Under the pieces are notes generated by a model. It was given only the letters and a program-made list of their open reading frames with translations, was not told the DNA's origin and did not search any database. DNA of 64,000 nucleotides, taken from the NCBI RefSeq assembly GCF_006345805.1, contig NC_043011.1:33678464-33742463 (forward strand), written 5' to 3'. This document shows positions 13,382-27,655 of the stretch, one piece after another (positions within the stretch are counted from its first letter, which is position 1; every line of letters begins with the position of its first letter). The DNA is from Octopus sinensis (taxonomy: Eukaryota). The translations under genes and the position numbers were made by a program.

Positions 13382-13816
13382 AAGAGTAAAATATCATCTG
13401 TGCTATGTTTTATCTTTCATAGTTGATCTCCATGGCAACCGATTATACTTCTATTACATTACCACCACAACCCCCCTCCTATGATCAATATTACTCCACC
13501 ACCACCACCACCACACGCCACCCACTTCAATCAGCTGCATCTTAACATGTCATATTTGAAATAATTTCATCAAGTCTCCTTATAGCCAACTGTCATTCCG
13601 TTACCCTTGTTTGTAATAAACGCAATCATAACAGCTGAGGAACTGTCTCACCGTTGAATGATGTTCAGAGATTTGTGGGGTACCCTAGCTTGCTCTAAGT
13701 AACTGTCTTCCTTTTTGGAAGCAAACATACACGCACACACATGCATATATATACATATATATATATATGTGTGTGTATATATATATATATATTATATGTG
13801 TGGTGTGTGTGTGTGT

Positions 13817-14118
13817 GGAGGTGCAATGACCCAGTGGTTAGGGCAGCGGACTCACGGTTGTAGGATCGCAGTTTTGATTCCCAGACGGGGCGTTGTGAGT
13901 GTTTATTGAGCGAAAACACCTAAAGCTCCACGAGGCTCCAGCAGGGGGTGGTGGCAATCCCTGCTGTACTCTTTCACCACAACTTTCTCTCACTCTTTCT
14001 TCTGTTGGCCTGCTCGCTTAGCCAGCGGGGTGGCATCATTTGAAGGCTAAAACAATGCGGAGCACATTGTGACCAGCAATGTGTAGCAACATCTGATAGC
14101 TTGGTCGGTCACGGTGAT
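13817..14118 (+). mobile_element. tRNA-derived SINE family A (Arg-like head)
   Basis: Head with A-box tg(g/a)cccagtggt and B-box-like gtttcgattcc, anticodon TCG in other copies. Copies at about 190-664 (-), 28655-28960 (+), 40445-40605 (+), 41464-41770 (+), 52321-52620 (-). Confidence 0.85.
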
Positions 14119-14165
14119 ATATATATATATATAATCAAAATAAGCAACAAGGATATCCATAAGTA

Positions 14166-14259
14166 ATGCAGTGCGATCATTTCATGCGACTCCATTTAAT
14201 TGAACAATGCAATCATTACATTACATCAATTTAAAATGTAGAGCAATCTTCAGCTGCAT
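14166..14259 (-). ncRNA. Decayed hammerhead motif with very long stem II
   Basis: Minus strand reads ATGCAG-CTGAAGA-TTGC[about 55 nt, internally paired CATTT/AAATG and AATTGA/TCAATT]GCAT-GAAA-TGATCG-CA-CTGCAT. Perfect 6-bp stem I, but U16.1 is C, so probably inactive. Confidence 0.6.
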
Positions 14260-14635
14260 AAAGACATAGAATTTAATTAAATTAGAATGTCACATTAGTA
14301 TAATTTTACCCAAAATCTCCAAGAGGATAAAGGAGATAGACAAAGAACATGTTTTACCAACAACATCATAGTTGTATATATATGTGTATATCTATGTATA
14401 TATATATATATATATATAAACAAAAATGCTAGATCTAAATTCTCTCTAAGAGATCAACGCAATAGTTGTACTAACAAGTGATATTCGTAGCCATTTCAAC
14501 ATGATTGTCCATTTGAATGGACTTTACTGCGATTTTTTAACCCCAAGAGGACATCACCTCTAACTGGTTGATGATGCACAGCTGCATCCGAAATACTGCG
14601 ATCAGGGGAGCGAACTCCTAACATCTAGCAATGGA

Positions 14636-14685
14636 CTAGCAGACCAGCTTGGTTTCAGGCTATTTCTGCCCCTCTTCAATACTGG
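14636..14685 (-). ncRNA. Type I hammerhead ribozyme motif (C3>U), inverted sister of 14914-14963
   Basis: Minus strand reads CCAGTA-TTGAAGA-G-GGGC-agaaata-GCCT-GAAA-CCAAGCTGG-TC-TGCTAG. Confidence 0.68.
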
Positions 14686-14913
14686 ACACCTCGATGCAGC
14701 TGTGCATTGTTAACCAGCTAGAGGAGATGTTCTCTTGGGGTTAAAAAAAATCACTGTAACGTCCATTTAAATGGACAGATATGTTGAAGTGGCTTCGAAC
14801 ATTTTAGAACTAGCATTGCTGCTTGTTGCAAAATCAGCGACTGTATGTTGTTTGAAATTATATATATATTGCAAGCTGAAGCGAGCAACTGCCATCTCTA
14901 GCAGATGAGGTGT

Positions 14914-14963
14914 CCAGTACTGAAGAGATGTAGAAATAGCCTGAAACCAGGCTGGTCTGCTGG
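14914..14963 (+). ncRNA. Type I hammerhead ribozyme motif (stem II decayed)
   Basis: CCAGTA-CTGAAGA-gatgtagaaatagcct-GAAA-CCAGGCTGG-TC-TGCTGG; GUC site. The sister copy at 14636-14685 restores stem II. Confidence 0.7.
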
Positions 14964-17399
14964 TCCTGTTGCTAGAAAGTGGTTGGGGCTCACTCCCCGG
15001 CTCACAATATCTCGGATGCAGCTGTGCATCGTTAACCATCTGGAGATGTCCTGTTGGGGTTAAAAAATCACAATAAGGTCTGCTCGAATGGACAACCATG
15101 TTGAAATGGCTACGAACATTACTTATATATATATATATTTAAAAAATATTTTCTTAAATTAATAATTAACTATACTAAAAGAGACTTAGGAAAATAGATT
15201 AACACACACCTAAAAAAAGGAAGCTTTTGTATAAGAGCTTTTCACAGTTCTCAGCTTTTCGAATACTTTTGTTTTAAGGTAACTTGTATTGAAGTAATTG
15301 TTTTTAGTATCAGCGTTCACTACTTCAGTTTAGTTTCAGATTTAGAATTATTACGTACTTTTTTTTTTTTGCCTTCCTTTTGGAAAAGTGACTATTCTGA
15401 ATATTCCATTCACACAAATGTCTAGATATTCAGTATATGAAACATCTCTAACAGATGGATTTTTTATTTATTGCTTATGCATCCTAATCCACTCTTAATT
15501 TTCATCCTGTTTGACCAATATAATTTTCACTGCATAGTGAACATATGATGAAGTAAATGAAATTTTGCTTCATTTTGCAATCCATATTTGTATTAATCTT
15601 TGAATCCTTATCATTCTTGACTATTTCTACTCTGCCCTATTCAATCAATTCACACGCTCTTCATTGTGAGGTCTTCACATTTTGGTACCTGCATTATTTC
15701 TTCTGCAGTGAATTTTGTTTTTTTCATCGACTAATACATGCCATGTACTTTATCACTGCCAGCACAAGGCTGAATATTCTTCAGACATTGCTTTCTAATG
15801 TTCTCAGTAAAGAATGGTTCATTTAGAGCTTCTCTCTTGGTGGTGATAACAGGCTCCACCTCAGACACATTAGATTCCAACCAATCTTCATTTCTCGTCT
15901 TCTTTCTGTTACATTCTAAGGAATGATATGATAGTGTTGTGAATGGTGCCACAGATAAACTGCCACCTTTCTCTGTTGGTGTGATTGCATCTTTAAAGTC
16001 TCATTCTATTTGATTGCTGAGTTCTATGCAGAAATCTGTGTTTGCTACCCTTGTGGTGTCGTTATATGTGAGATTTCTCTGCTCACTGTGATGGCTCTTC
16101 TTGAATTTGACTAGACTTTGCTACATGCCATGGAACGATCCATATCGCAGCTGGCATCTACCGTTGAGGAACTCACTCTTGAGAGCATCTCTCTTAGTGA
16201 TGATCATCATGTCCAGTTGATGCCTGTGTCATACCGTAATGCCTATGTTATACCTCATCAGGACACTAAATGGTGAGGTTTTGTCCAGGACACTGAATAA
16301 TAAGGTTTTGTCTCGAAGAATATATAGGTAGTGCATAGTTTGTGGTAGGAGGCAGAACTCTGACTATCTTGTGCCATTTTCATGTCAATGCCAAAGGGCC
16401 AAAGTGTCTGCCACTTTAGTCCAGTCCTTCCCAAGCATTGAAACCATGCAATCAAATGGTTTTCATATCTTGCTGACTTTAGCATTGACACCCTCTGTGG
16501 ATTCTTTCCTTCAGATAAAAACAATGTTGAAGTGTAGTTAGTAATAATGTTTATTTTGCCAGAGAACTTTGAAAGGTTGAGGCTCTCTGCACCCTTGGAA
16601 GAAAAAACTATTGTGAGCAGAAAGCTTCTGACAAAAGTGCTAACACAATGCAGATGAGGTTCTTTGGGAAATCTGCTTTGCTAGGAGAAAGTACAGTTCT
16701 TCTGCCAGCAACACGCTTAGTCACTTGTGCTGCTACATTTATGTGCAATCAACAGGCTGCACATAGTTATAACCACAGTTTTCCTATTGTTATTCGTTTG
16801 CTGCAGATCATTTGAGAAGCCAAGGTGCATAGTTTGAGATTGTAAGTGTATGAATAGTGATTTATTTCCCAATGTATTTTGCCTGTTAATTGTATTTTGT
16901 CTGGTTTTGCTAGTAGTAATTGCTAGTTTTTCAATAAATTCTAAGTTCCAGGCACCAATTTAAAACAGCAAGCAAAGACAAATCGATACCTTGTTATCCA
17001 GAGACTGGTATGGTTGAAGTAGCAAGAACCATTTGCTAATGAAAGAACATTGCATTAAGGCCCAGACAGTTTAGGACCAGTGTCATTACAGCCATTCATA
17101 ACAAAATACAAAGAAACAGAACGAATACCACAAGGTATCTTGTCTGATATTCTAATAGATATGCCAAGCCACCATCTTGGGCAGTTATCTTTTGATCAGT
17201 CACAAAAGGAATGTAAGCTCCTAATAAGGTCTCATCCAAGCTGGATAGGTCAAAGGATAGAGACCAGACTAATATAGACCACCTCTTCCCAAAGGTAAAA
17301 ATGGGTTTGTGTAGAGCCAACATCCTTACTTAGCAAAAAAAAGCAAACTTATAGAAATGTCAACATCAATTCAAAACCAAGACATGATCTGGAACAGGA

Positions 17400-17524
17400 G
17401 AGATTCTCTTTGGTGAGTGTCCACCCACCAATACTGAGGCAGTGGCTCTGAAGACAACCCAAGTTGAGAACAGTGGATAAAAGTCATTGATGGCTTATGC
17501 TACATATGGAGTGAAGGGCTTAAG
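17400..17524 (+). mobile_element. Probable RTE 3' tail (second copy about 25030-25103)
   Basis: Shared end ttgat(g/a)gc.tatg.t.....ggagtgaagggcttaag. Confidence 0.5.
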
Positions 17525-18242
17525 CTAAAGCAAAGTCAAGGGACGAAAGGGAAGGTTAACTTGGCAGGATTTGAACTGCAAACATGGACAATCAGAACAA
17601 AACCAATGTAATAACAACAACAACAACATTATGTAAACAATAGGAATGTTTATTATTTCAGTAACTGATTTGTAATGAAAGCAAAGGTTAAGAAAGATCC
17701 ACTCCAAGGCTGGAGGCAAAAGGGAAGGAGACAACTAGATTACAAAGAAATAAAAAATCAAAAAATGTTAACATATTATTTTATTTTCAAAGAATGGTAA
17801 ATGATCTTTAAAAGATTTTGGGAGCTTTGGGTGTCTGAATCCAGCTAAATAACCTCACCCAGCACCAGTACAATGATGGTAAAACACCATGGGAGCAGTG
17901 TCCCTTTTACTTATTTTTTTTGTTAAATAAATTGTTAAATAAATCTGTCAGAATAATAAGATCTATGAATAAAAAATTTGGGAGTGTATGTTTGTGCATG
18001 CTGTATTCATGTGCATATGATATATACCTTTGTGTGTATATATAATATATTATATATATATATATATTACATTAAGATAAGATCAACGAAAAATAGTACT
18101 CAATCCAGTGAGAGACAAACATCATTTAATGTTTTAATATATACAGTAGCTCTTACCTTTACATCATTAAGTAATATATATATATATATATATACATATA
18201 ATATATATATATATATATCTATATATATACATATATATATAC

Positions 18243-18314
<72 letters not shown>

Positions 18315-18970
18315 GTATGTACGTATGTATGTATGTATGTATGTATGTATGTATGTATGTATGTATACGGGTATTGTATTTGGCTGGCAAATGATATGAT
18401 ATATTGTATGGTGTATTAAATGTGTATGTATAATATAATAAAAAATAAAATAATACAATATAATATGATATCATATAATATGATATATCTCCGGAGGCGG
18501 TATTAGTTTGTTCATGACAATTTCATATCTGAAATCACACAGCCTGCATTGTTAAGGGCAGGCTAACTTAATCATTATAGTCTTCACAAAAAAGGTTATT
18601 TGATCAATTGAAATAATCATCCATTATGAACAGAAATGTTAATAAGTGTTAACAAAAATTTTAATCAAGAGATGCAAGGGAAACAATTCTGAAATCTAAA
18701 TTTCTTAAAAATTAAATGGATACACACATGTAGACATGCACACACACAAACATACATATACATGCATGTATGTATATATTCATGATTGTAGATATGTATG
18801 TATGAATCTATATATGTATAAGCGTCAATGTTATGACTGTTAAATTGTGGAATTATAAAGAAACAGATATTCACTGATAAAAAAATTCAATGTTTTGTGA
18901 AGTTAAATTTATTATATATATTAGGTTGAATGGAAGTTCAAGTTACTCTTGTAAGAGCTTATTAAAAAAA

Positions 18971-19031
<61 letters not shown>

Positions 19032-19136
19032 GTATGTACGTATGTATGTATGTATATATATGTATATATATACATACATATATATATATATATATATGTA
19101 TACACATATCTATATCTATATATACATACATACATG

Positions 19137-19170
<34 letters not shown>

Positions 19171-19294
19171 TACATATAATATATATATACATGTGTATGT
19201 ATGTATCAGTGTATGTGTAAAGATATACATATAGAATAATGCAAAATCATATACATGCACACAATTATACACACATATACACACACACATATAT

Positions 19295-19326
<32 letters not shown>

Positions 19327-19557
19327 TTATTTATTTATTTATTTATTTATTTATATAATACAACATAAACATTGAAAACTTGTTTCTATACATATATTTA
19401 GGTAGATAAATAGATGACTAGATATAAATATATAGTAATAATATATACAGATATATTGTATTTCTATATACAAATGGCTACATGTATCATATATATATAT
19501 ATATATATATATATGAAAGGATGTAATAAATTGTAGAATATTGCCGATCCATTACAG

Positions 19558-19634
19558 CCAATCTTATCAATTGATTTCACACAGGGTATCAGGTAATCAG
19601 ATAATTATCTAATAACTGCGCTCATCAGAATTGG
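19558..19634 (-). ncRNA. Type I hammerhead ribozyme motif with long stem-loop II
   Basis: Minus strand reads CCAATT-CTGATGA-GCGCAG[31 nt]CTGTGT-GAAA-TCAATTGA-TA-AGATTGG. Palindromic stem III, AUA site, one bulge in stem I, G.U pairs in stem II. Confidence 0.75.
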
Positions 19635-20295
19635 ACAAATATACATATGCCAATATATAATTGTATATGTATTATGTGTGTCTCTAATGATGTAGGATTT
19701 TCATCAAAATAATTGGCTAGTTGAGAATTCACAACTGCAGCATAACAATTCTTTCACACGCATCATAGACATTATATTCATTTTCTACACAGTTAGACTA
19801 CCTGACAGAAATAGCAGTCTAAACTCCATCAAATCACGGTGCATGTTAAATATATGAAGAGCAGATTCGATGATTCAATCAGATAAACGAAAATGACAAG
19901 CTGGACAGAGGTGGGTCGTTCATTCTGGCCCATAGATCTACACAATCAGAGCTGACCAGGATGAGAAAACCACATTAAGCACTAAAATGAGTATATCATG
20001 CTATGTAGTTTATGGTCTATGGCAACAGCAGCAACATTATGCATGCATGTATGTATGTATGTATGTATGTATGTATGTATGTATGTATGTATGTATGTAT
20101 GTGTGTGTGTATGTATGCATGCATGTATGCATGCATGTATGCATGGATGTATATGTGTGTGCATATGTATGTATGTATGTGTTATGTATGTATGTATGTG
20201 TTATGTATGTATGTATGTATGTATGTATGTATGTGTGTGTATGTATGCATGCATGTATGCATGCATGTATGCATGTATGTATGTATGTATGTATA

Positions 20296-20328
<33 letters not shown>

Positions 20329-20358
20329 ATGTGTGTATGTATGTATGTATGTATATGC

Positions 20359-20390
<32 letters not shown>

Positions 20391-21206
20391 ATGTATGTAT
20401 ATGTAATGTGGCTGTGTGGCTGAGAAATTTACTTCCTAACCATGTGATGTCAGGTTCACTTCCAGTGCATGGTGCCTTGGGAAAGTGTCTCCTACAAAAA
20501 TCCTTGGCCAATCAGAGTCTTCAGTGTGCATTTAGTAGACAGAAATTGGAAGAAGCTCATTGTATGTTTATATACATACATACCTACATGCATGTGTGTG
20601 TGTGTGTGTGTGTGTGTAGAACTCCTTTCAGTCATGAATGACCATGGGTGTTTGCACCTAGACAGTTACCCTCCAAGGCACAAGACCAGGCAAGGTTGTT
20701 TATGGAAGACAAGCGGTCACCCATACATACCAGTCTCCCCTCTTAATGTCACCAATGTTATCCAAGGGAAAGGCAAAGATTGATACAGCTTGGCACCAGT
20801 GAAGTCAGAACTCATTTCTACAGCTGAGTGAACTGGAGCAACATGAAATAAAGTAACTTGCTCAAGAACACAACACACCGCTTGGTCCAGGAATTGAACT
20901 CACTACCTCATGATTGTGAACCCAACACTCTAACCACCCTTGTTCACATATGAAGCTCACATGGTCTTACATTCCTAATCAGTTACAGACTGTTTTCTTT
21001 AAAGACTATATAAAACTCTGCTGGCTTTCATTAGCATTTACCCTGAAGTAGGAATGTGTCCAATATGTTGGATTTCCCACTCTTCACAGCAAGTTCATTG
21101 TACAGATTTTATTGATTTTACTACATAATATAAGTTTTGCCAATGCAGAACAACACCAACAGCATTGGAGTGTCTGTTTGATCATATATATGTATATATG
21201 TATATA

Positions 21207-21266
<60 letters not shown>

Positions 21267-21679
21267 ATATATATATTATATGTACATATATATATGTACA
21301 TATATATATGTACATATATATATATGTTCATATATGATGGATTCTCCCATCAAGAAGAAGTATAATGTTTAGCTTTTTGCCAAATGACCTGCACAAATGA
21401 TCTGTTTATAGTGATCAAATTCTTGTGCTGCACATTAGCTCACTCCCTCAATCAAATCGAAGTTACCTGAACAGGTGCAGTGTGTACCATGCGCCAGGTG
21501 TCAAAGTGATTTCAGAGTAATGTCAAATGAATTGTTTTGCTCAAGAACACAATAAACCATGCAGGCTAGGGATTGAAACCATGATCTCACAGTCATGAGT
21601 GCAGCACCGTAACCACTAGGCCATGAGCCCTTACATATATACATACATACACACACACACACGCACGCATGCAAGCATG

Positions 21680-22941
21680 CGAGGGGTGTTCGTTAAAGAT
21701 TTCCCCTGACCCATTTCTGGTTACTGCAGGAAATGGAACTTGTACAGGTATAATCATACATGTCTCTACATGTCATATTGCAAATTTCAGCTTTCCATTA
21801 GTACTTGTTTGTCTTTTACGAATGCTAAAGTGAACTAAGGTGTTATAATGGCAGCAGTTGAATGCAGATCAGTGATCAGGTTCTAATACTTGTAAGGTTG
21901 TACATTGAAAGAGACTATTGATGAGATGAAAAAAGTTTATGGTGACCATGCACCAGTTCAAATGTAGTCAGGCATTGGTGGAAACTGCTCCTATTCCTGG
22001 ATGACTACATTCCACCATTGATGACAACACCATCCATAAAATGGAAGCCACTATTTTGGAGGATCACCACATAACTATTCAGCAATTAGCCCAAGAAGTA
22101 AAGATAAGTTTAGGGTCATGGAAAAAAATCATTCATGACCATTTGCACTTGTGGAAGTTGTCTGCATGATGGATTCCCCAAATGCTCACACCTTTTCAGA
22201 AGCAGGAACGAGTCAATTGCTCCCAGGCTCTTTTGGCATTGTGCCAAGAAAACAAGGAGGACTTTTTTGACAGACTTATCACACACAATAAAACATGGAT
22301 CCATCACTACGATCCTGAGACTAAAGTCCATATGAAGCAATGGAAACATTATAACTCATCACCTCCAAATAAGGCTTGTGTCCATCCCTCAGCAGGCAAG
22401 GTGATGCTCACAGTCTTTTCAGACCAGCACAGAGTAGTGATGATAGATTTTCTGGCAAGGGGCACCACAATTAATGGGGCAGATTATGCTTCTCTGCTGC
22501 AGAAATTGTGGGATGACATCAAAGCAGAGAGGCATGGCATGCTGATCAAAGGAGTCTATCCCCTCCAAGACAACGCCCCAGTTCACAATGCACATGTTGC
22601 CCAGATGAAAGCACACTCCTGCAGCAATGGGATCCTTCCTCATCCCCCTTCCTCTCCTAACTTTGCACCATCTGACTTCCACCTCTTTCCAACCATAAAG
22701 TCTTTTTTGAAGGGGAAGCACTTTTCGGATGATGATGAACTTATTTCTGAGGTAAAGTCATGGCTCCAGACACAAACTAACCAACTTCTACAGACAAGGT
22801 CTTCACAGCTGCATAAAGCAATGCGAGAAGTGTGTCACCATTGTTGGTGGCCATGTAGAGAAGGACTAATAATTTCACCAAGTTTCGTTTATCCCAGTCC
22901 ATGGAAGTGTGTCGGGGGAAATCTTTAATGAACACCCCTTG
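21680..22941 (+). mobile_element. Mariner transposon, decayed transposase
   Basis: About 30-bp TIRs (cgaggggtgttcgttaaagatttcccc / ggggaaatctttaatgaacaccccttg). ORF 22182-22928 has ITHNKTWIHHYDPETK, LQDNAPVH and HPPSSPNFAPSDFHL, the mariner D,D34D motifs with the first D lost; 5' part has stops. Confidence 0.92.
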
Positions 22942-23287
22942 TGCATGTATTTACATATATATATATACATGTACATATACATACATACATACATACATAC
23001 ATACATACATACATACATACATACATACATACATACATACATAGAGTGAGAGAGAGAGAGGCAATTATGTGGATAACCAAATTAGATACATTTAAGTGTC
23101 TAATTTGTTTATCCACATAACTGCCTCTATATCCGTTCAACCTAATCTCTCCTACTGCCATTCTTTTCCTTGCAAATCCAATTCCCTGTAAACACACCAG
23201 AGTCCAAGTTTGAATCTTTCAAGCACTACTAGTCTGTATAGAAGACTAAGTGTCTTCTATACAGAGAATCACTGTATCTCGTCTGTG

Positions 23288-23326
<39 letters not shown>

Positions 23327-23690
23327 CATGCACACATCAGCACTGACCACTTCCCAGACCCACATTTTCACACCTACACATACACACATGCACACGTCAA
23401 GATCTTATACATATGTATGCACACCTTTGTTTAGGGTTCACCACCACTTTGTTATTTCCCCTCCTCCTTAGTTCTCCTGTGTAACCCTTCTGTCCAGCAT
23501 TTGCCATGATAGATTGCTAGCCACTACACATTCTTTATTTTCTCTCCTTGTTTCTTTCTGTGTCCCTTTCCGTGGAAGAGCGTAGGCTTGAAACATTAAA
23601 GACTTTTTCACTTCCCAAGCATTATACTAATACATGTTTGTTGTCTACACCACCTGTCTTCATCCTTTGTTTTTTTTTTGTGAATTCTCC

Positions 23691-23763
<73 letters not shown>

Positions 23764-24624
23764 TATTCTATGTCTTGTCTGTGATATTAAGTTATGCAGA
23801 GAACATGCTACTCATAGTTGTATTTTTGTTTTATTTTTCCTTTGTAACGCAACATTAAGGCAGTGGTCTTAATTTCAGGCACTATAATGAGTCAAATATA
23901 AAAGTTTTAAAATAAAAGACCTCTTAACGAATACAAATTCTTGCTGCAAAGCCAAAAGGTACATTTTTTTTTTCTTTAAAACCACCTGCTATAGTTTCAG
24001 CAATTATATTTCTGCAATTTTGTAATTTTATCATTTAGAAATTGCATTTAAATAATAATTATCATTAGCATACAATGAAAGACTCAGTCAAGGTTACAAT
24101 AAAGAAAATGCAAAGCTACTGCAACAACAACAAGAAGAAAAGTCTTGAGGTGGAATTTCGGCAATAACAGAATAACAGTTGGAAAAAAAAAAGTAAAGAT
24201 ATTCCATAAATAATAAATAAATCTAATAGATCGGCTTTAATTCTTTTCATACTAATCCACCTGAGACCACCCTTGGTTTTATGATACAAATTTCTAGTCT
24301 TGAAGTGATCAAAATTGAAAGCCTTCATCAAAATTTCATGTTAATTCATGTTCAAAACACTAGATTAATTATGACGAAGTTATTTTATTAAATAATTAAT
24401 TCTTTTCAAAACTAAATTGTAACAATGACAGAATAATTGAACAGAAATATGATGATAACAAAAGGGCTAACACTTTTGATACCAACCCTCTTAAAACTGC
24501 CCCTAATTCTATGATGAACACTTTCTGTTTTAAAGTGATTGAAATTGAAACCTTCTGTCAAAATTTCATGTTAATTAAACAACAGATTAATAACAACAAT
24601 GCTATTTTACAAAATACCCCATTA

Positions 24625-25029
24625 GGCGTAGGAGTGGCTGTGTGGTAAGTAGCTAGGTGTAGAAGTGGCTGTGTAGTAAGTAGCTTGCTTATGAACCACA
24701 TGGTTCCGGGTTCAGTCCCACTGTATGGCACCTTTGGTAAGTGCCTTTTATCATAGCCTCGAGCCTTGTGAGTGGATTTGGTAGACAGAAACTGAAAGAA
24801 GCCTGTCGTATATATGTATATATATATGTATGTGTGTGTATAAGTTTGTGTGTCTGTGTTTGTCCCCCCAATATCACTTGACAACCGATGCTGCTGTGTT
24901 TACGTCCCCGTAACTTAGCAGTTCGGCAAAAGAGACCAATAGAATAAGTACTAGGCTTACAAAGAATAAGTCCTGGGATCAATTTGCTCAACTAAAGGTG
25001 GTGCTCCAGCATGGCCACAGTCAAATGAC
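24625..25029 (+). mobile_element. SINE family B copy with duplicated 5' end
   Basis: Co-linear with 2085-2502; the first about 30 bp are repeated. Confidence 0.85.
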
Positions 25030-25574
25030 TGAAACATGTAAAAGAGTAACAGTGGAGAAGAGTTGTTGATAGCCTATGTTCTACAGGGAGTGAAGGGCTT
25101 AAGAAAAATGTAATCAAATAACTAAAATGTAACTAAATGGTCTTGGCACTGGTTTATGCAGCTGATCATAAAGCACCTTTGTGATTTCGGTTCAAGAATT
25201 GAAAAGTTAAAGAGAGAGAATCAGTCTGGTTGGTCTATTCATTTTGATGGTACTGTGCATGCCATGTGTTTTATTTGCTTCCTCAAAAGAAGTCAATGCA
25301 AGGATATATTTCTTCAACGTATCTGGTAAGAAAAAGCACAAGAGTAGCAGCTGTTAAGCACACTATCCTCCAGCTGATCCATATATATGACTAGTATATC
25401 TGACAGATTTAACCCATAGGATATATGTATGACATTCAAGATTTATTAAATATCTATTATTAATACCACAAGAATCATAGACTTTAAGTGTCAGAATATT
25501 GAATGTATATTTACATCATTAAGCAGTCATTTTCACTTGGATTATTTTATATTTTTAATTTTTAAATCAATTTA

Positions 25575-25619
<45 letters not shown>

Positions 25620-27253
25620 CATTATTATTATTGTTGTTATTATTATTATCATTTTTTTAAAAAAGATATTCATCTGATTAAAAGTCCAATATGGACCGAA
25701 GCCATAATTTGTTTACTGTTAAAGACAATATTTATTCTTTCCTTCATATGAAAGATGGAGATAATAGCAGTATGGAGAAAGATCAGTTTGACAGATGAGT
25801 GGTGGAGAGCACAGAGGCCAGTGAATAAAAGAAGAAACCACATTGTAGAAGAAAAAGACAACAAGCCAAGCTGTAAGGCAGCCATAAAGCAATGATAATA
25901 ACTCACTGAATGGAAATCAGAACCTAATGAGTCACTTGTCATTTGAGCCACCACTGAAGAAATTCTGGCTTCATAGTGAGAGTACGAAGCAGTTTTAAGG
26001 ATTCTGGAAGCATTCTTCTTTGGTGGACAGAGTTCTGAGTATTTATCGTTAGTTTTATCTTTTATCTTTTATAAGTTTCAGTCATTGGGCTGTAGCCATG
26101 CTGGGGCACTAACTTGAAGGGTTTTTTTTTTGTTTACATGAGCAAATCAACCCCAGTACTTATTTTTTTAAAGAGTGGTACTTGTCTTACTGGTTCCTGC
26201 TTTTGCTGAACTGCTAAGTTGTGTGAACGTAAATCAACCAGCACTGGTTGTCAAGTGGTGGTGGTGGTGATGGTGGTGGTGGTAGCAGGGGATAAACATA
26301 AACATAAAGACACACAAACACACTCACACACACAAACACACACATATACACACACACATACACACATGCACACACACACAAACACACACACATATATACA
26401 CACACATATACACATACACAAACACACCACACACACACAAACACATATACATATGTACATGCAACTTGCTTCCACACAGTTTTTGTCTAGCAAATTTACT
26501 CACAAGATATTGGTCAGCTATGGACTATAATTGAAAACACTTCCCCAAGGTGCCAGTCAATGGGACCGAACCTCATAGCACATAGTTACACAGCGAGCAT
26601 CTTAACCACACAGCCATGCCTGCACCCACAACAAAGAGATGAAATTTTGAATGAAATCTAGAATGGGGATACTTAAATAGAATAAGAAAGAACTCCAGAA
26701 TTTTGACAGAAAGATGTTAAAACTGATGATAGTATATGGAACATTCTAAGACGGAGGGCTGGCAGAATCATTATCACACTGGGCAAGATGCTTAGCAGCT
26801 TTTTCGCCTCTTTTTATGTTCTGAGTTCCAATGCTGTTGAGGTCAACTTCGCCTTTCATCCTTCCAGGGTTGATAACATAAGTACCAGTTGAGGACTGAT
26901 AAATACCCGCTCCTGCAAACTTCCTGGCCTTGTGCCAAAATTGAGTTCTGGAGTTGAAGTTATTGGCTTACTCCCTCCCTTGAAATTTATGACTTTGTGC
27001 CAAAATCTGAAAGCAATATTTGGCGTGTTTTTGAGGTGGTGAGCTGGCAGAATAATAACACCTGGCTAAAATGCTTAACAGCATTTAATATGTGTTTACG
27101 TTCTGATTTCAAATCCCACCAAGATCAACTTTGCTTCTCATCCTTTCAAGGTTGATAAAATAAGTACCAGTCATGTACTGGGGTGGATGTAATCAATGTA
27201 CCCCTTACCCCAAATTTCCTGGCCTTGTTCCAAAATTTGAAACCAATATCTCT

Positions 27254-27655
27254 TTACTACTTTACTCTTTTACTTGTTTCAGTCATGTCATTTGACTACG
27301 GCCATGCTAGTTGAGCAAATCGACCCCAGGACTTATTCTTTGTAAGCCTAGTACTTATTCTATCGGTCTCTTAGGCTGAGCTGCTAAGTTACGGGGATGT
27401 AAACACACCAGCATCGGCTATCAAGCAATGTTGGTGGGACAAACAGACACACAAACACACACACATATATATATACATATACATATATACGACAGGCTTC
27501 TTTCAGTTTCCATCTACCAAATCCACTCACAAGGCTTTGGTCAGCCCAAGGCTATAGTAGAAGACACTTGCCCAAGGTGCCACGAGAGTGGGACTGAACC
27601 TGGAACCATGTGGTTGGTAAGCAAGATACTTACCACACAGCCACTCCTATGCCTA
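27254..27655 (-). mobile_element. SINE family B copy
   Basis: Co-linear with 2085-2502. Confidence 0.85.

Larger units (their letters stand above)
14420..15122. mobile_element. Inverted plus partial tandem hammerhead-bearing repeat (Penelope-like pLTR structure)
   Basis: 14478-14692 is the reverse complement of about 14907-15121; 14693-14800 is a direct partial copy of 15015-15120; (TA)n on both sides. Confidence 0.7.

Noticed and set aside
13817-13890. tRNA-Arg-like sequences (also 43665-43737)
   Set aside because: SINE heads: poor acceptor stems, and they run straight into shared repeat bodies.
15550-17300. Higher-complexity region with hints of a LINE (NEPF...AGSDKVH)
   Set aside because: Probably a very old retroelement, but too decayed to assign family or ends; the same applies to about 25670-26040, 27660-28080 and 50990-51370.
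19987-20641. Long ORFs of MYVC, YI, HT, poly-L or poly-Y type here and throughout the window
   Set aside because: Translations of microsatellites with no coding signature.
21678-22943. Mariner flanked by TG on both sides instead of TA
   Set aside because: The element is old and lies in mutable (CA/TA)-type repeats, so substitution cannot be separated from a non-canonical target.
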